Origin: Candidatus Saccharimonadota bacterium
GTDB taxonomy: Bacteria; Patescibacteriota; Saccharimonadia; Saccharimonadales; JACDBH01
Direction of reading: 5' to 3'
DNA length: 58,783 nucleotides
NCBI GenBank assembly: GCA_043743105.1
Contig: JAYTXD010000011.1
Coordinates: 26,001 to 84,783, forward strand
In this document: piece after piece, positions 1 to 8,822 of the stretch
Layout: each line of letters opens with the position of its first letter
How positions within the stretch are numbered: the first letter of the stretch is position 1
Notes under the pieces: generated by a model
Database searches by the model: none
Seen by the model: only the letters and a program-made list of their open reading frames with translations
Told to the model about the DNA's origin: nothing
Made by a program: the position numbers and the translations under genes

Positions 1-747
1 ACCCATAAAAAACCTAGCCGGAAATATATTAAACCAGGTGTAGCTTAAAAGTGTTCCAACTATTGTTAAGCAAAACCCTGCAATCCCATAACGTTTTTCA
101 ATAAAAGCGATAACCGCATACATTGCGAAGGCCGTAGCCGTAAGCCCGCCAGCCAAACCATCTAACCCATCACTAATGTTTACTGCATTAGCAGTCGAAA
201 CAATGACAAGCACAAAAAGCGGAACAATCAACCAGCCAAGCTGGAGCGGGGTACCAACAAACGGAATGTGAATACTACTTACATCGAGCTTTGTATAAAA
301 CCAAATGCCGCCAACAAGCGCTACAGCAGTGATGAGCAACATTTTTAGCTTACTACGCATACCGGCTATACCGCCAGTGCTATGAATGTTTAACATATCA
401 TCAACAAATCCAATAAGCCCTGCCCCTGCCATTGCCGCCAGTGGCAACCATGTTTGGCTACGCGACAAGTTAAATAGTAGCGTCACAATAACGGTAGAAA
501 CAACAAAAATAATACCAGCTGCAGTTGGAATATTACGTTTTAGCTTTGCACCGTGAAGCTGTTGAAAAACAGTCGCTTTTGCCCCTGTTGCATCAGTTGT
601 GCGACCTTTCTTCCACCATTCGTGCTTAAATGCATAGTTGGTGTAGATTGGTGTTAAAAGCATGCTGAGCGCAAAGCCGGCAAAACCTAATAAAAATATT
701 TTACCGAGAGTGTGTGTATTTACGATAATATTGATGGTTTCTGACAT
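1..747 (-). CDS. mraY: Phospho-N-acetylmuramoyl-pentapeptide transferase MraY (5' part; gene runs off the left edge)
   Basis: Not in the ORF track because it is open at the edge. My minus-strand translation from ATG at 745-747 gives MSETINIIVNTHTLGKIFLLGFAGF..., multi-TM, with the NAVNISDGLDGLAGG motif typical of MraY. It lies directly downstream of ftsI in the dcw cluster. Confidence 0.85.
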   Translation of the reverse strand, partial: MSETINIIVNTHTLGKIFLLGFAGFALSMLLTPIYTNYAFKHEWWKKGRTTDATGAKATVFQQLHGAKLKRNIPTAAGIIFVVSTVIVTLLFNLSRSQTWLPLAAMAGAGLIGFVDDMLNIHSTGGIAGMRSKLKMLLITAVALVGGIWFYTKLDVSSIHIPFVGTPLQLGWLIVPLFVLVIVSTANAVNISDGLDGLAGGLTATAFAMYAVIAFIEKRYGIAGFCLTIVGTLLSYTWFNIFPARFFMG

Positions 748-820
748 GTTTGGTGTTACCTGTTTATCAGCTTATTATACCCTGTTTTAGTTAAATATTC
801 CGTCTTTAGCTGAATCATTA

Positions 821-2623
821 TCATTTTTTTGGGGTGACTCCATAATTGTTTATAAGCATCGTTGCCATATCCGAAAAAATTGGTGCAGCCGTACGTGCAC
901 CAGCAAAACCGCCGATGCCTGGTTCGTTGACGCGTACGAGCACCACGTATTGCGGCTTATCACCGCCCACAAATCCGGCAAATGTCCCTGTAAAACGGTC
1001 GGTATAATAACCCCCAGCTGGGTTGGCAATCTGGGCAGACCCTGTTTTACCGCCTATCATATAGCCCGCTGGCATATTTGGCATGCCATAAAACGTGTGG
1101 TTAGAACTAAAAACATACTGCATCAACGTCGATACGTCAGCGCTAGTAGCTGGTGTTACAACCGTGCGGACCGACTTAATAGCGTTAATGGTCTTTTTGC
1201 CGAAGGCATCGGTGGTCGATTCAACCAAATGAGGTTGATAATACATACCCCCGTTAATAGCCCCCGCATAGGCACCTGCCATTTGCAGTATGGTGGCCGT
1301 CATACCTTGTCCAAATGATGTGTTAGCATAAGTAATATTACGCCCATTACCTGTGTCTGGATCAGGTACAATACCCCCAGTTTCACCCGCCTGCTCAATA
1401 CCAGTTAAAGTACCAAATCCAAAGTGATTCACCATATAGTCATGCCACGTATCCCGCGCCTTTTTGTTAATCTCGCCGCCACCCATTTGTTGCAACATAT
1501 ATACCGCACCCGTATTCAAAGACAGCCGCAGTAAGTCACCAATACTCTTAACACCAGGCCCTCCATCTTCTTCGACGTTACTTACTACATAACCATCAAT
1601 TGGGATTTTGGCTGGGTCGTAGTAGGTCGTATCTTTTGTAATAACGCCCTGGTTTATTGCAGCCGCAGCAGTCAGAGGCTTCATAATTGACCCCACTTCT
1701 AGAGGTGAATCCACAGCCTGGTTACCTAGCGCCGACAAGTCGGTAATACTTGCAAGCTTAGATGGGTCATAGGTTGGGTAATTTGCCATAGCCGTAATAG
1801 CTCCTGTTGTCACATCCATAATCACCGCACTACCACTTTTACTCTTGGCTCTATCAAGCCCCTTTTTTAATATTTCCTCTAGCTGTCGCTGGGCACCAAT
1901 ATCAATTGTCAACTGTACTTTGTCGCCTGACTTTGGGTCTGTCTGAATGTTTTCTTTGTTAGATACCAAAGGCACACCCTGTGCATCAGTAATAGCCTTT
2001 AGCTCACCTGGCGTGCCACCAAGCTTGCTGTTAAGCTTTTCTTCCAATCCGTATTGCCCATTGCCTTCATCATTGACAAATCCAAGCAGCTGCGCCGCCA
2101 ATTGTCCATCTGGATATGTCCTATATGATTCTTCGCGCGTACCAACACCATTAAATTTGAGCTTATTCAACTGTATACTTTGGTCTCTGCTAAGTTTTTT
2201 AGCTAAGACTACATAACGTAATCCTGGCGTTTTTAATAAATCACTCACTTTATTAGTATCACCACCAATAATTTTTGAAATGGCTGCAGCTTCTTTGAGT
2301 GAATCTTTAACGTACTTAGGATCTGCAAACAAGGTATACTTTTTTTCATTAAGTACTAATGGTGTTGACGCGTCGCCGTCATAAGCATATATAGTCCCCC
2401 GCTCTGCTGGTATTTCGTACTGTTTGAGCTGTGACTGCAAGGCCGCTTTTTGATAAAAATCGTGCTTAATGACCTGTAAATAAAACATTCGAACGACAAA
2501 TATAGCTGTTAAAAAAATCAAAGCGCTGTAGATAACACGGACACGTTTAACAGTACTCACTGGCTTTACTTCTGTGGATGCCATTTTAGGTTGGTTTTTG
2601 CGGTACGGTGTTACTGCGGGCAT
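821..2623 (-). CDS. ftsI: Penicillin-binding protein / peptidoglycan D,D-transpeptidase FtsI (class B PBP)
   Basis: 600-aa ORF with an N-terminal TM anchor and the transpeptidase motifs SIMK (SxxK), SNV (SxN) and KTGS (KTG). It lies between ftsL and mraY. Stop codon is TGA. Confidence 0.9.
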   Translation of the reverse strand: MPAVTPYRKNQPKMASTEVKPVSTVKRVRVIYSALIFLTAIFVVRMFYLQVIKHDFYQKAALQSQLKQYEIPAERGTIYAYDGDASTPLVLNEKKYTLFADPKYVKDSLKEAAAISKIIGGDTNKVSDLLKTPGLRYVVLAKKLSRDQSIQLNKLKFNGVGTREESYRTYPDGQLAAQLLGFVNDEGNGQYGLEEKLNSKLGGTPGELKAITDAQGVPLVSNKENIQTDPKSGDKVQLTIDIGAQRQLEEILKKGLDRAKSKSGSAVIMDVTTGAITAMANYPTYDPSKLASITDLSALGNQAVDSPLEVGSIMKPLTAAAAINQGVITKDTTYYDPAKIPIDGYVVSNVEEDGGPGVKSIGDLLRLSLNTGAVYMLQQMGGGEINKKARDTWHDYMVNHFGFGTLTGIEQAGETGGIVPDPDTGNGRNITYANTSFGQGMTATILQMAGAYAGAINGGMYYQPHLVESTTDAFGKKTINAIKSVRTVVTPATSADVSTLMQYVFSSNHTFYGMPNMPAGYMIGGKTGSAQIANPAGGYYTDRFTGTFAGFVGGDKPQYVVLVRVNEPGIGGFAGARTAAPIFSDMATMLINNYGVTPKK

Positions 2624-2634
2624 TTCAACTCTTT

Positions 2635-2758
2635 ATGACTCGCGTACAATAGTGCAGTTTGCGATGAAGCCCGTGTAAGAAAATCGATACGTACTTAAGC
2701 TACAGTAAGATTTTTTGACGCAGGGCTTCACCCAAAATGTGCATTGTACGCGAGTCAT
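2635..2758. repeat. 124-nt nested hairpin element in the ftsL-ftsI spacer
   Basis: Perfect 16-bp arms ATGACTCGCGTACAAT (2635-2650) and ATTGTACGCGAGTCAT (2743-2758), plus an inner 8-bp stem TGAAGCCC (2665-2672) / GGGCTTCA (2723-2730). Confidence 0.85.
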
Positions 2759-2760
2759 AT

Positions 2761-3108
2761 TTAATTTTGAATTACAGCACTAGGCGCAACAGAAACTAAG
2801 GAGTTCGACACGGCACTATTATTGGCGCGGTCAAGTGCCTGTAGGCGCGCAGAAGCAACTTCGAGTTCATCGTGTTCGCTCTGCAGGGCGGTGGCTTGAG
2901 TACGTAGCGCGTTAATTTTATAGCCGTAAGCATTTGTCTTCGTTACTTGAGTTAGGTACAAAAGTCCTAAGACGCTTGCAAGGACAATTAGTACAATGGT
3001 GTTACTAATTGGACCAAAGCCCTTTAGCTCCCGCTTAAAACTAACAGCATTCTGATTTCGCGTCGCGTAACGCTGACGACCCATTGCTAGAGAAGAAGAA
3101 TATGTCAT
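2761..3108 (-). CDS. ftsL: Cell division protein FtsL-like (single TM + coiled coil)
   Basis: 115-aa ORF with one TM helix (NTIVLIVLASVLGLLYL) followed by a coiled-coil segment (ALRTQATALQSEHDELEVASARLQAL). It occupies the canonical position between rsmH and ftsI. Confidence 0.6.
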   Translation of the reverse strand: MTYSSSLAMGRQRYATRNQNAVSFKRELKGFGPISNTIVLIVLASVLGLLYLTQVTKTNAYGYKINALRTQATALQSEHDELEVASARLQALDRANNSAVSNSLVSVAPSAVIQN

Positions 3109-3313
3109 GTTATATTTTGATACTTTTTGTTTTTATATTTGTTGTTTTATAGGTTATGTTTTTAGTCTTTTGGTAAATGTGGTGCACAGGCAGCCTAAAT
3201 AGACTACCCGTGCATACAGTGCCCTTTTAAAGGACTCTGACCCTTACTTTATAAGCTCGGGAGTTACTTTTTACCGTAATTGGCATAAGTGCTATTCCCC
3301 TTTCTTTTTGTTT

Positions 3314-4210
3314 TTATTTTTTAGCAACGGCTCGAAGCTTTGTGCTACGGGCGCGCGGATTGAAAACTAATTCATTTTGTCCCGGAACAACAGGTTTCTT
3401 GGTAAGCAAAATCAGTTCGGTATCATACCTGTCTCCAGCAACATCTTGGAAAAACTGTTTAACGATCCTATCTTCTAAACTTTGGAAAGATAAGACAACT
3501 AGACGCCCTCCCGGGGCAAGCAGTTCCACCCATAACGGTAAGGCTTTTTTGAGGAGCCCCAACTCATCATTCACGGCAATCCGGAGCGCTTGGAACGTTC
3601 GGGTCGCCGGATGGACTTTACTATGCCCCGGCCAAGCCTGGGCAACGATCTGGGCAAGTTGTAGCGTTGAGCTAACAGGACGATTTTTGATTATCCTGTC
3701 CGCAATTTGCGAGGCTTTTGGTTCCTCTCCATATGTTCTCAAGACCCAGGTCAAGGCAGCTTTATCATAATTATTCACTATAATTTCTGCTGTTAATTCC
3801 TGACGTTGATCCATCCTCATATCGAGTGACGCATCTCGGCTAAAGCTAAAGCCACGACTCGCCGTATTAAGGTGCGGTGACGACACGCCTAAATCCGCCA
3901 ACACTAACTGAAACCTACGATTATCTCGTAGCAAACTTCGGGCTGCACTCACATAATCTTCGTGCATTATGCTGATGCCACTACCCACGAACTTCGAACT
4001 CAGCTGGGTTACGGCCATCTCATCACGATCGACGAGCACCGAACCGGCAGCATTAAAGGTGCGTTCCAGTACTTGCTCAGCGTGCCCACCGTACCCGGCC
4101 GTTAGATCGAGATATTTCTCCTCTTTCTTGGGGTCTAAAAAATGAAGCACTTCATCGAGCATTACTGGAATATGTTGTTGGTTTTTGTTTTGGATATTGG
4201 ATTTTTGCAT
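3314..4210 (-). CDS. rsmH: 16S rRNA (cytosine1402-N4)-methyltransferase RsmH
   Basis: 298-aa ORF with HIPVMLDEVLHFL and DLTAGYGGHA SAM-binding motifs typical of RsmH/MraW. It is the second gene of the dcw cluster. Confidence 0.9.
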   Translation of the reverse strand: MQKSNIQNKNQQHIPVMLDEVLHFLDPKKEEKYLDLTAGYGGHAEQVLERTFNAAGSVLVDRDEMAVTQLSSKFVGSGISIMHEDYVSAARSLLRDNRRFQLVLADLGVSSPHLNTASRGFSFSRDASLDMRMDQRQELTAEIIVNNYDKAALTWVLRTYGEEPKASQIADRIIKNRPVSSTLQLAQIVAQAWPGHSKVHPATRTFQALRIAVNDELGLLKKALPLWVELLAPGGRLVVLSFQSLEDRIVKQFFQDVAGDRYDTELILLTKKPVVPGQNELVFNPRARSTKLRAVAKK

Positions 4211-4582
4211 GTTTTTCTTGTTTTTGTTTTTTGCAAGGTCACCGAATCAGCAGTCAACTTTTTGTTTTTTTGGGTGAACGTTTTTGTTTTTGTTGGTTAT
4301 CCGTTAGCTTTTAACGGAAAAAATGAGATACGAGAGCCGGTTTTGAGACCAACTAATTCATCTTTTCCTGATGGTAACAGATATTCTAGAGACTTTCTAA
4401 GTGTGTGAGGTGGAGTTTTGGGAGGTGTTTTGTTTGAAAAAGGTGCGAGGGTGTTTTATGAAGTGGTTATCCCCTTGTTTCCCACTTGTTGACTGCCGAA
4501 TCGCTAATCTCGAGTCGGACTTACTTTTTGCTGCTTGCCTAGATTGTTAAAGATAAAACACTAAATCAGAAAAATGCGTTGC

Positions 4583-4936
4583 CTAGCTCTTTGCTAAGAT
4601 CCGCCAGTATTTGCCGGCCCGTACCGCGACTACATCTTTGGTTATCAAAGCGTAATCTAAGTGGTGTTGATCCAAGGGTATCCTACCCTGCCGGGCGTCC
4701 ATGACGCTTTCGACTCTGCCCATCCGGAATTGAACGTTAAGATCGGCCGTTTGCTCATCTAGGATATTTCCTTTGAGCTTTGGTTCGACTTCTTCGTCCC
4801 ATACCATTTTTGGGTAGAGATGCAGATAGTTCTGGAATCCTCGGGTGATGACTACGCCGCCAGCAAACTCGTGTCGAAGTTCAGCGGGTATGGTTAGCCG
4901 CCTCTTGTCGTCAAGTTTCCGTTCGAAGTAATCCAC
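4583..4936 (-). CDS. mraZ: Transcriptional regulator MraZ (short form)
   Basis: 117-aa ORF with a GTG start at 4934-4936 and a DDKRRLTIPAELR SpoVT/AbrB-type motif. It is the first gene of the dcw cluster and is shorter than the usual ~150 aa. Confidence 0.75.
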   Translation of the reverse strand: MDYFERKLDDKRRLTIPAELRHEFAGGVVITRGFQNYLHLYPKMVWDEEVEPKLKGNILDEQTADLNVQFRMGRVESVMDARQGRIPLDQHHLDYALITKDVVAVRAGKYWRILAKS

Positions 4937-5009
4937 CTATCTCGGTCCTTTAGTGTTAATTTGTAGTGGTTTTTGTGTTTTTGTTTTATGGCTAAGTCTA
5001 TTTTTGGCT

Positions 5010-5057
5010 TACCCACGATTACCCACTGACAAGAGCATACTACCCACGATTACCCAC
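5010..5057 (-). promoter_or_regulatory. Candidate MraZ operator: four GTGGGTA boxes with 10/21/10-bp spacing upstream of mraZ
   Basis: The 19-bp unit TACCCACGATTACCCACTG occurs twice (5010-5028, 5041-5059). On the mraZ strand this gives GTGGGTA at four helically phased positions, 75-120 nt upstream of the mraZ start. Confidence 0.55.
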
Positions 5058-5365
5058 TGCAAGTATATTATCCATAATACTGAGCTAGAATGTGGCACTT
5101 ATCCACAGATTCACCAGATTACGGCATATGTACACAACCTGTAGTGTATAGAATATTAATTAGACACTACAGGCAGCGGTTAGGGTCTTATAACCTAATA
5201 CAATAATTTGCTCCCTTCGGTTATTTCCTAGGAGGTTTCACCCTATGATTTAACCGCTGGAGACGTATTTTACGCTCATAAATCACTATACCTAAAAACT
5301 CCCACGAACTGTAATTATGCTGGTATAGAGCTTTAAAGACATAAATCGGCAAAGTAAGGTAAAAG

Positions 5366-5511
5366 GGACTTATGACCATACCTTGAAAGAGACTAAAAAG
5401 CTCAGAGTGAAGCCGGTTAATTACCAATGAGACCAGGCTAAATATTAATAAAGGCTCATTGGGAATTTTACCGCGCGTGAACGGTCTCTTTCAAGGTATG
5501 GTCATAAGTCC
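5366..5511. repeat. 146-bp element bounded by a perfect 28-bp inverted repeat (MITE-like or long hairpin)
   Basis: GGACTTATGACCATACCTTGAAAGAGAC (5366-5393) is the exact reverse complement of 5484-5511. The 90-nt loop contains an 8-bp inner stem CCAATGAG (5424-5431) / CTCATTGG (5455-5462). Confidence 0.85.
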
Positions 5512-5537
5512 AAGGCAAAAAGCCAACGGGAGCTGGT

Positions 5538-6986
5538 CTATTCTTCAGAACCTGATCGCAGATGCTCTATCTGCTTAGCCCACCACTGCGCACTTGGCCG
5601 TACTGTTCGCTTCATGCCCTTTTCGCGGTCAACGTGTACCAGCCCAAATTTCGGCCACCAGCCAAAAGCCCATTCGAAGTTATCCAGCAAACTCCAGTGC
5701 ATATAACCAATAAGATGCACGCCGGCTTTTCTTGATTTAATCAGTGACAGCAACGTTTCCTTGATCCACCACTGCCGGAATTCATCCTTGACATCTGCCA
5801 CACCGTTTTCGGTTATCATAATTGGCTTGTGGTAGCGCAGCCACAGTTTTGTCGCCACTTCACCGATACCATTCGGCTCCATATAAAACCCTAGGTCACT
5901 CTTTGGCTCAAAGGGCTGGCTTATCTTGGCACCGTCAAAATAGTTCGTAAAATAATAGTTGAAACCGATGAAATCGATTCTCCGCTTTGTGCGGTCATAA
6001 AAATAATAGTTCCCAAATTTGTCGGCTACCTTCACAGCTATTTTGCTCAAAAACTTGTCATTTTTTGGCACATTGTTGGCCATCTGCACGGCGGCGCTGA
6101 TCTGCAGTTCTGGATTGGCTTTTTTCATGATGAGATATGTCAGTTTATGCGCCTTAATAAGCACAAAGAACATGCGGATTCTCATGAACAGCGGTGCTTG
6201 CGGTGGCACAGGCACACCGGCGTTCCATTCCGGATACGTAATATAAATATTCGGCTCGTTCACGGTTAGAATATACTTTACTTCGTCGCCAAATTCCTCA
6301 GCCACTTTGCTGGCAAACTTCAGAAAATAGCCGACGTTAGCGTTCTTACCAAAAGCTCCCTTATCTTCAAACCACACTGGGTGGGTCCAGTGCCAGAGGT
6401 TCAAGACAGGTTCGATACCTCGCTTCTTAAGCTCTGCGATGTAGTTGTGATAATGATCAAATGCGCTTTTGTCCCATACGCCTTCTTCGGGCTCTACCCT
6501 GCTCCATTCCAAAGTAAAACGGAAAGCATTCAAGCCAAGATCAACTAAAATATCAAAATCTTCCTGGTATCGATGAAAGTGATCGACACCTTTGCCCGAT
6601 ATGTAGTTTTCAGGAGTCTTTGCTTCTGGCAGAATCTTAATTCGTTGCCATTCCGGCAGTGCCAACATCCGCTTCTCAACACCATCGGCCAATTCTTTGG
6701 CATGAGCCAGCTCCCAGACGGTCCATTGGTCATAGTTTCCTCCCTCAACTTGGTGGCCAGCTGTACTTGCCCCCCACAGAAAATCATCCCCAAACAACTG
6801 CACCGACCTAGTCTTGCTACTGACAGAGTCAGCGGCCTGGCCTCGGTCTTGAGGCGCAGAAACGGATGTTCCGCTCCGTTGCTCGCTCACCGTAGTATTC
6901 TTACGCCTTGCTCCGCTACTCACGGAGACATCCGTTTCTGCATCCTCCTGCAGTTGTTTGGTCTCAAATATTTTAGCCATTAGCAT
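5538..6986 (-). CDS. Glycoside hydrolase family 1 (beta-glucosidase-like) with disordered N-terminal extension
   Basis: 482-aa ORF with GH1 motifs NAFRFTLEWSRVEP, acid/base TVNEPN and nucleophile ITENG. The real start may be the second ATG at 6978-6980, which has TACAAT 8 nt upstream. Confidence 0.85.
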   Translation of the reverse strand: MLMAKIFETKQLQEDAETDVSVSSGARRKNTTVSEQRSGTSVSAPQDRGQAADSVSSKTRSVQLFGDDFLWGASTAGHQVEGGNYDQWTVWELAHAKELADGVEKRMLALPEWQRIKILPEAKTPENYISGKGVDHFHRYQEDFDILVDLGLNAFRFTLEWSRVEPEEGVWDKSAFDHYHNYIAELKKRGIEPVLNLWHWTHPVWFEDKGAFGKNANVGYFLKFASKVAEEFGDEVKYILTVNEPNIYITYPEWNAGVPVPPQAPLFMRIRMFFVLIKAHKLTYLIMKKANPELQISAAVQMANNVPKNDKFLSKIAVKVADKFGNYYFYDRTKRRIDFIGFNYYFTNYFDGAKISQPFEPKSDLGFYMEPNGIGEVATKLWLRYHKPIMITENGVADVKDEFRQWWIKETLLSLIKSRKAGVHLIGYMHWSLLDNFEWAFGWWPKFGLVHVDREKGMKRTVRPSAQWWAKQIEHLRSGSEE

Positions 6987-7032
6987 CTATTGTAACAGAC
7001 ATCGTTAGCCCCCCACTCTGTGAAAAAACACA

Positions 7033-7150
7033 TATACTCGACTTACGCAAACTACCGAGCCGTCTGACACTGCTCTACTGGATAAAAACAGTTTTTACCA
7101 CAGCCGAATCAGTCCCAGATCGGCACACTATTTTGCGTAAGCCCGAGTTA
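7033..7150. repeat. Palindromic intergenic repeat family 1, long copy
   Basis: Both ends match the reverse complement of the 36340-36410 copy: TATACTCG-ACTTACGCAAACTACCGAGCCGTC and TCGGCACACTATTTTGCGTAAGCCCGAGTTA. This copy has about 52 nt of extra central sequence. Confidence 0.75.
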
Positions 7151-7200
7151 AGCTGTGGTGGTTGCTTCCGAATTGTGGGCTTTTTTACTCCCAATGGCTA

Positions 7201-8748
7201 CTAGGCAATAATCTCATCACCGAAGTGTTTTTTTAAACGGCTCCGAATGGAGCCAGGGTGGCGGCCCAAAAGATTAGAAAGCTGCTTCACTGTGTTTTCA
7301 GATCCAAACAGATCAATAAGCTTTTGGTCTTCTTTTTTACTCCATGGTTTATAGGCATTCGGATAAGATTCGCGCATTTTCTCTAGCTTTTCATTCCAGC
7401 TGCCGGCTTTAGCCTTTGGCTTTTCTTCTTTCGCAACTTCAGGCTTTAGCCTGCGCTCCGCTTCCCTAGCCTCCCAGGTTTGAATAAGGCCTTGGTTATC
7501 ACTCACAGCAGCGTCACTGCGCGCCCTAAGCTCGGCATCAATCTCGCGCGCAAGCGGTGATACGCGGAGTGCCATACCATTAAATCCATCCAAAATTAAG
7601 TGCTTCAGCCCCCGCACACGGCTTAAAGCCACATATCCCATGCCCTCGACAAAAGCCCGCCGCAGGTCAATCCGTGCGCTGTCGAGCGTCATACCCTGGC
7701 TTTTGTGCACCGTAATTGCCCAGGCCAAACGGAGCGGCAGCTGCGTGACCATCGCCCGTCGTTTTTCGCCGTCAATCAGTTCCCAAGTGTCGGGTTTAAT
7801 TGTCACTTTTCGGCCGCTCAGTAGATGCACCACCGGGTAATCTGTATGTGGCTCAAAGCCCACCACAGTACCAAGACTTCCGTTTACATATTTTTTTTCT
7901 TGGCTATTCTTGATACACATCACAATTGCGCCTTGTTTGAGCCGCAGGGTCTCGGATGCCAAGCATGACCGCATTAGCGTTTCAACATATTGTTTGCTAC
8001 CACTCGTTTCCATCGGATATTCATGCATGTCGGTGGTCAGCTCCGCCAAATGCTCAAGATTAATCTCATCAACATCGGCATTGGTGGTCAAAAGACGTGT
8101 ACGTGGTGTAAACGGGTCATCCAATGCATCGGCACGTGCACTGAGTGCGTTGAGCTGGGTGCGTGTTAAAAATCCGGCGCGTATGCCATTCAGGATGTCC
8201 GTATAGGCGCTGTCATCCACTTGGCGATATTGCTTTTCTAAATAACAGACAGCGAATGCTCCGCTGGCCCAGGCCTGCGAGGCGGTCACAAAACTGCCTG
8301 CTCGGCTGTCAAATCTGCTGACTGGCGGCAACTGAAAAAAGTCACCACACAGCACTACCTGCAAACCGCCAAACGGCCTGTCGCCGCCACGAACTTTGCG
8401 GGCTACTTCCTCAACCATATCGAGCCTAAAGTCGTGCAGCATACTAATCTCGTCTACTATCAAAACATCGGTATTCATAATAGTGTCTTGCCGGGCTTTA
8501 GACAATTTTTGGATAAAACCACGCCCCAGTTCATCCCGTACACCAATACCACTCCAGGCATGCAGCGTATTACCGTTAAGGTGCGTTGCCGCCAATCCGG
8601 TCGTCGCTGTCACGGCGATAGTCCTGCCCTCTTTCCGCGCGCGCTTGATAAATTGGTTAAGCAAGTAGGTTTTGCCTGTACCAGCAGCCCCCGTCAATAA
8701 AACTGACTGCCCCGATTCTAATATTGCTAGTGCTGCGTCCTGTGTCAT
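7201..8748 (-). CDS. Pif1/RecD-family SF1B DNA helicase with C-terminal HTH-like tail
   Basis: 515-aa ORF with Walker A GAAGTGKTY, Walker B LIVDEISM, GDFFQLPPV and TVHKSQGMTLD motifs. The Lys/Glu-rich linker is followed by a WSKKEDQKLIDLF...LGRHPGSIRSRL helix-turn-helix-like tail. Confidence 0.8.
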   Translation of the reverse strand: MTQDAALAILESGQSVLLTGAAGTGKTYLLNQFIKRARKEGRTIAVTATTGLAATHLNGNTLHAWSGIGVRDELGRGFIQKLSKARQDTIMNTDVLIVDEISMLHDFRLDMVEEVARKVRGGDRPFGGLQVVLCGDFFQLPPVSRFDSRAGSFVTASQAWASGAFAVCYLEKQYRQVDDSAYTDILNGIRAGFLTRTQLNALSARADALDDPFTPRTRLLTTNADVDEINLEHLAELTTDMHEYPMETSGSKQYVETLMRSCLASETLRLKQGAIVMCIKNSQEKKYVNGSLGTVVGFEPHTDYPVVHLLSGRKVTIKPDTWELIDGEKRRAMVTQLPLRLAWAITVHKSQGMTLDSARIDLRRAFVEGMGYVALSRVRGLKHLILDGFNGMALRVSPLAREIDAELRARSDAAVSDNQGLIQTWEAREAERRLKPEVAKEEKPKAKAGSWNEKLEKMRESYPNAYKPWSKKEDQKLIDLFGSENTVKQLSNLLGRHPGSIRSRLKKHFGDEIIA

Positions 8749-8822
8749 AAATAATCCTTAAGTAACAGTATAGACTAGTGTTTCGCCTTCGTCTGGTCAA
8801 GGATTAAATCTACAACACCTTT

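Noticed and set aside
821-823. Alternative genetic code (UGA recoded, as in some CPR lineages)
   Set aside because: ftsI terminates at a TGA at the expected protein length, and all conserved genes are full length under the standard code. TGA therefore functions as a stop.
4142-4408. 88-aa plus-strand ORF (and a 30-codon Cys-containing ORF at 4458-4550) in the mraZ-rsmH spacer
   Set aside because: The 88-aa ORF overlaps the rsmH start, is translated from T-rich runs and gives Phe/Val-rich nonsense. The 30-codon ORF has a GAGGG 6 nt upstream, but at that length this is within chance expectation. Neither is called.
5010-5059. Possible CRISPR-like or tandem repeat (19-bp unit twice, 31-bp period)
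   Set aside because: There are only two copies, no cas genes, and a 12-nt 'spacer'. The position upstream of mraZ and the 10-bp phasing of the GTGGGTA boxes fit an operator instead.
5100-5365. tRNA, tmRNA, RNase P, SRP or 6S RNA in the large intergenic regions (5100-5537, 3109-3313, 34901-35244)
   Set aside because: I could not find T-loop (GTTCGAATC-like), RNase P (GAGGAAAGTCC), SRP (GGAAGCAGCC-type) or tmRNA tag/acceptor signatures by eye. Only generic hairpins are present. A covariance-model scan is needed to be sure.
5221-5427. 68-aa minus-strand ORF in the GH1-mraZ intergenic region
   Set aside because: It runs through the 28-bp inverted-repeat element, has no start signal and yields an implausible sequence. 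The region is better explained as structured non-coding DNA.
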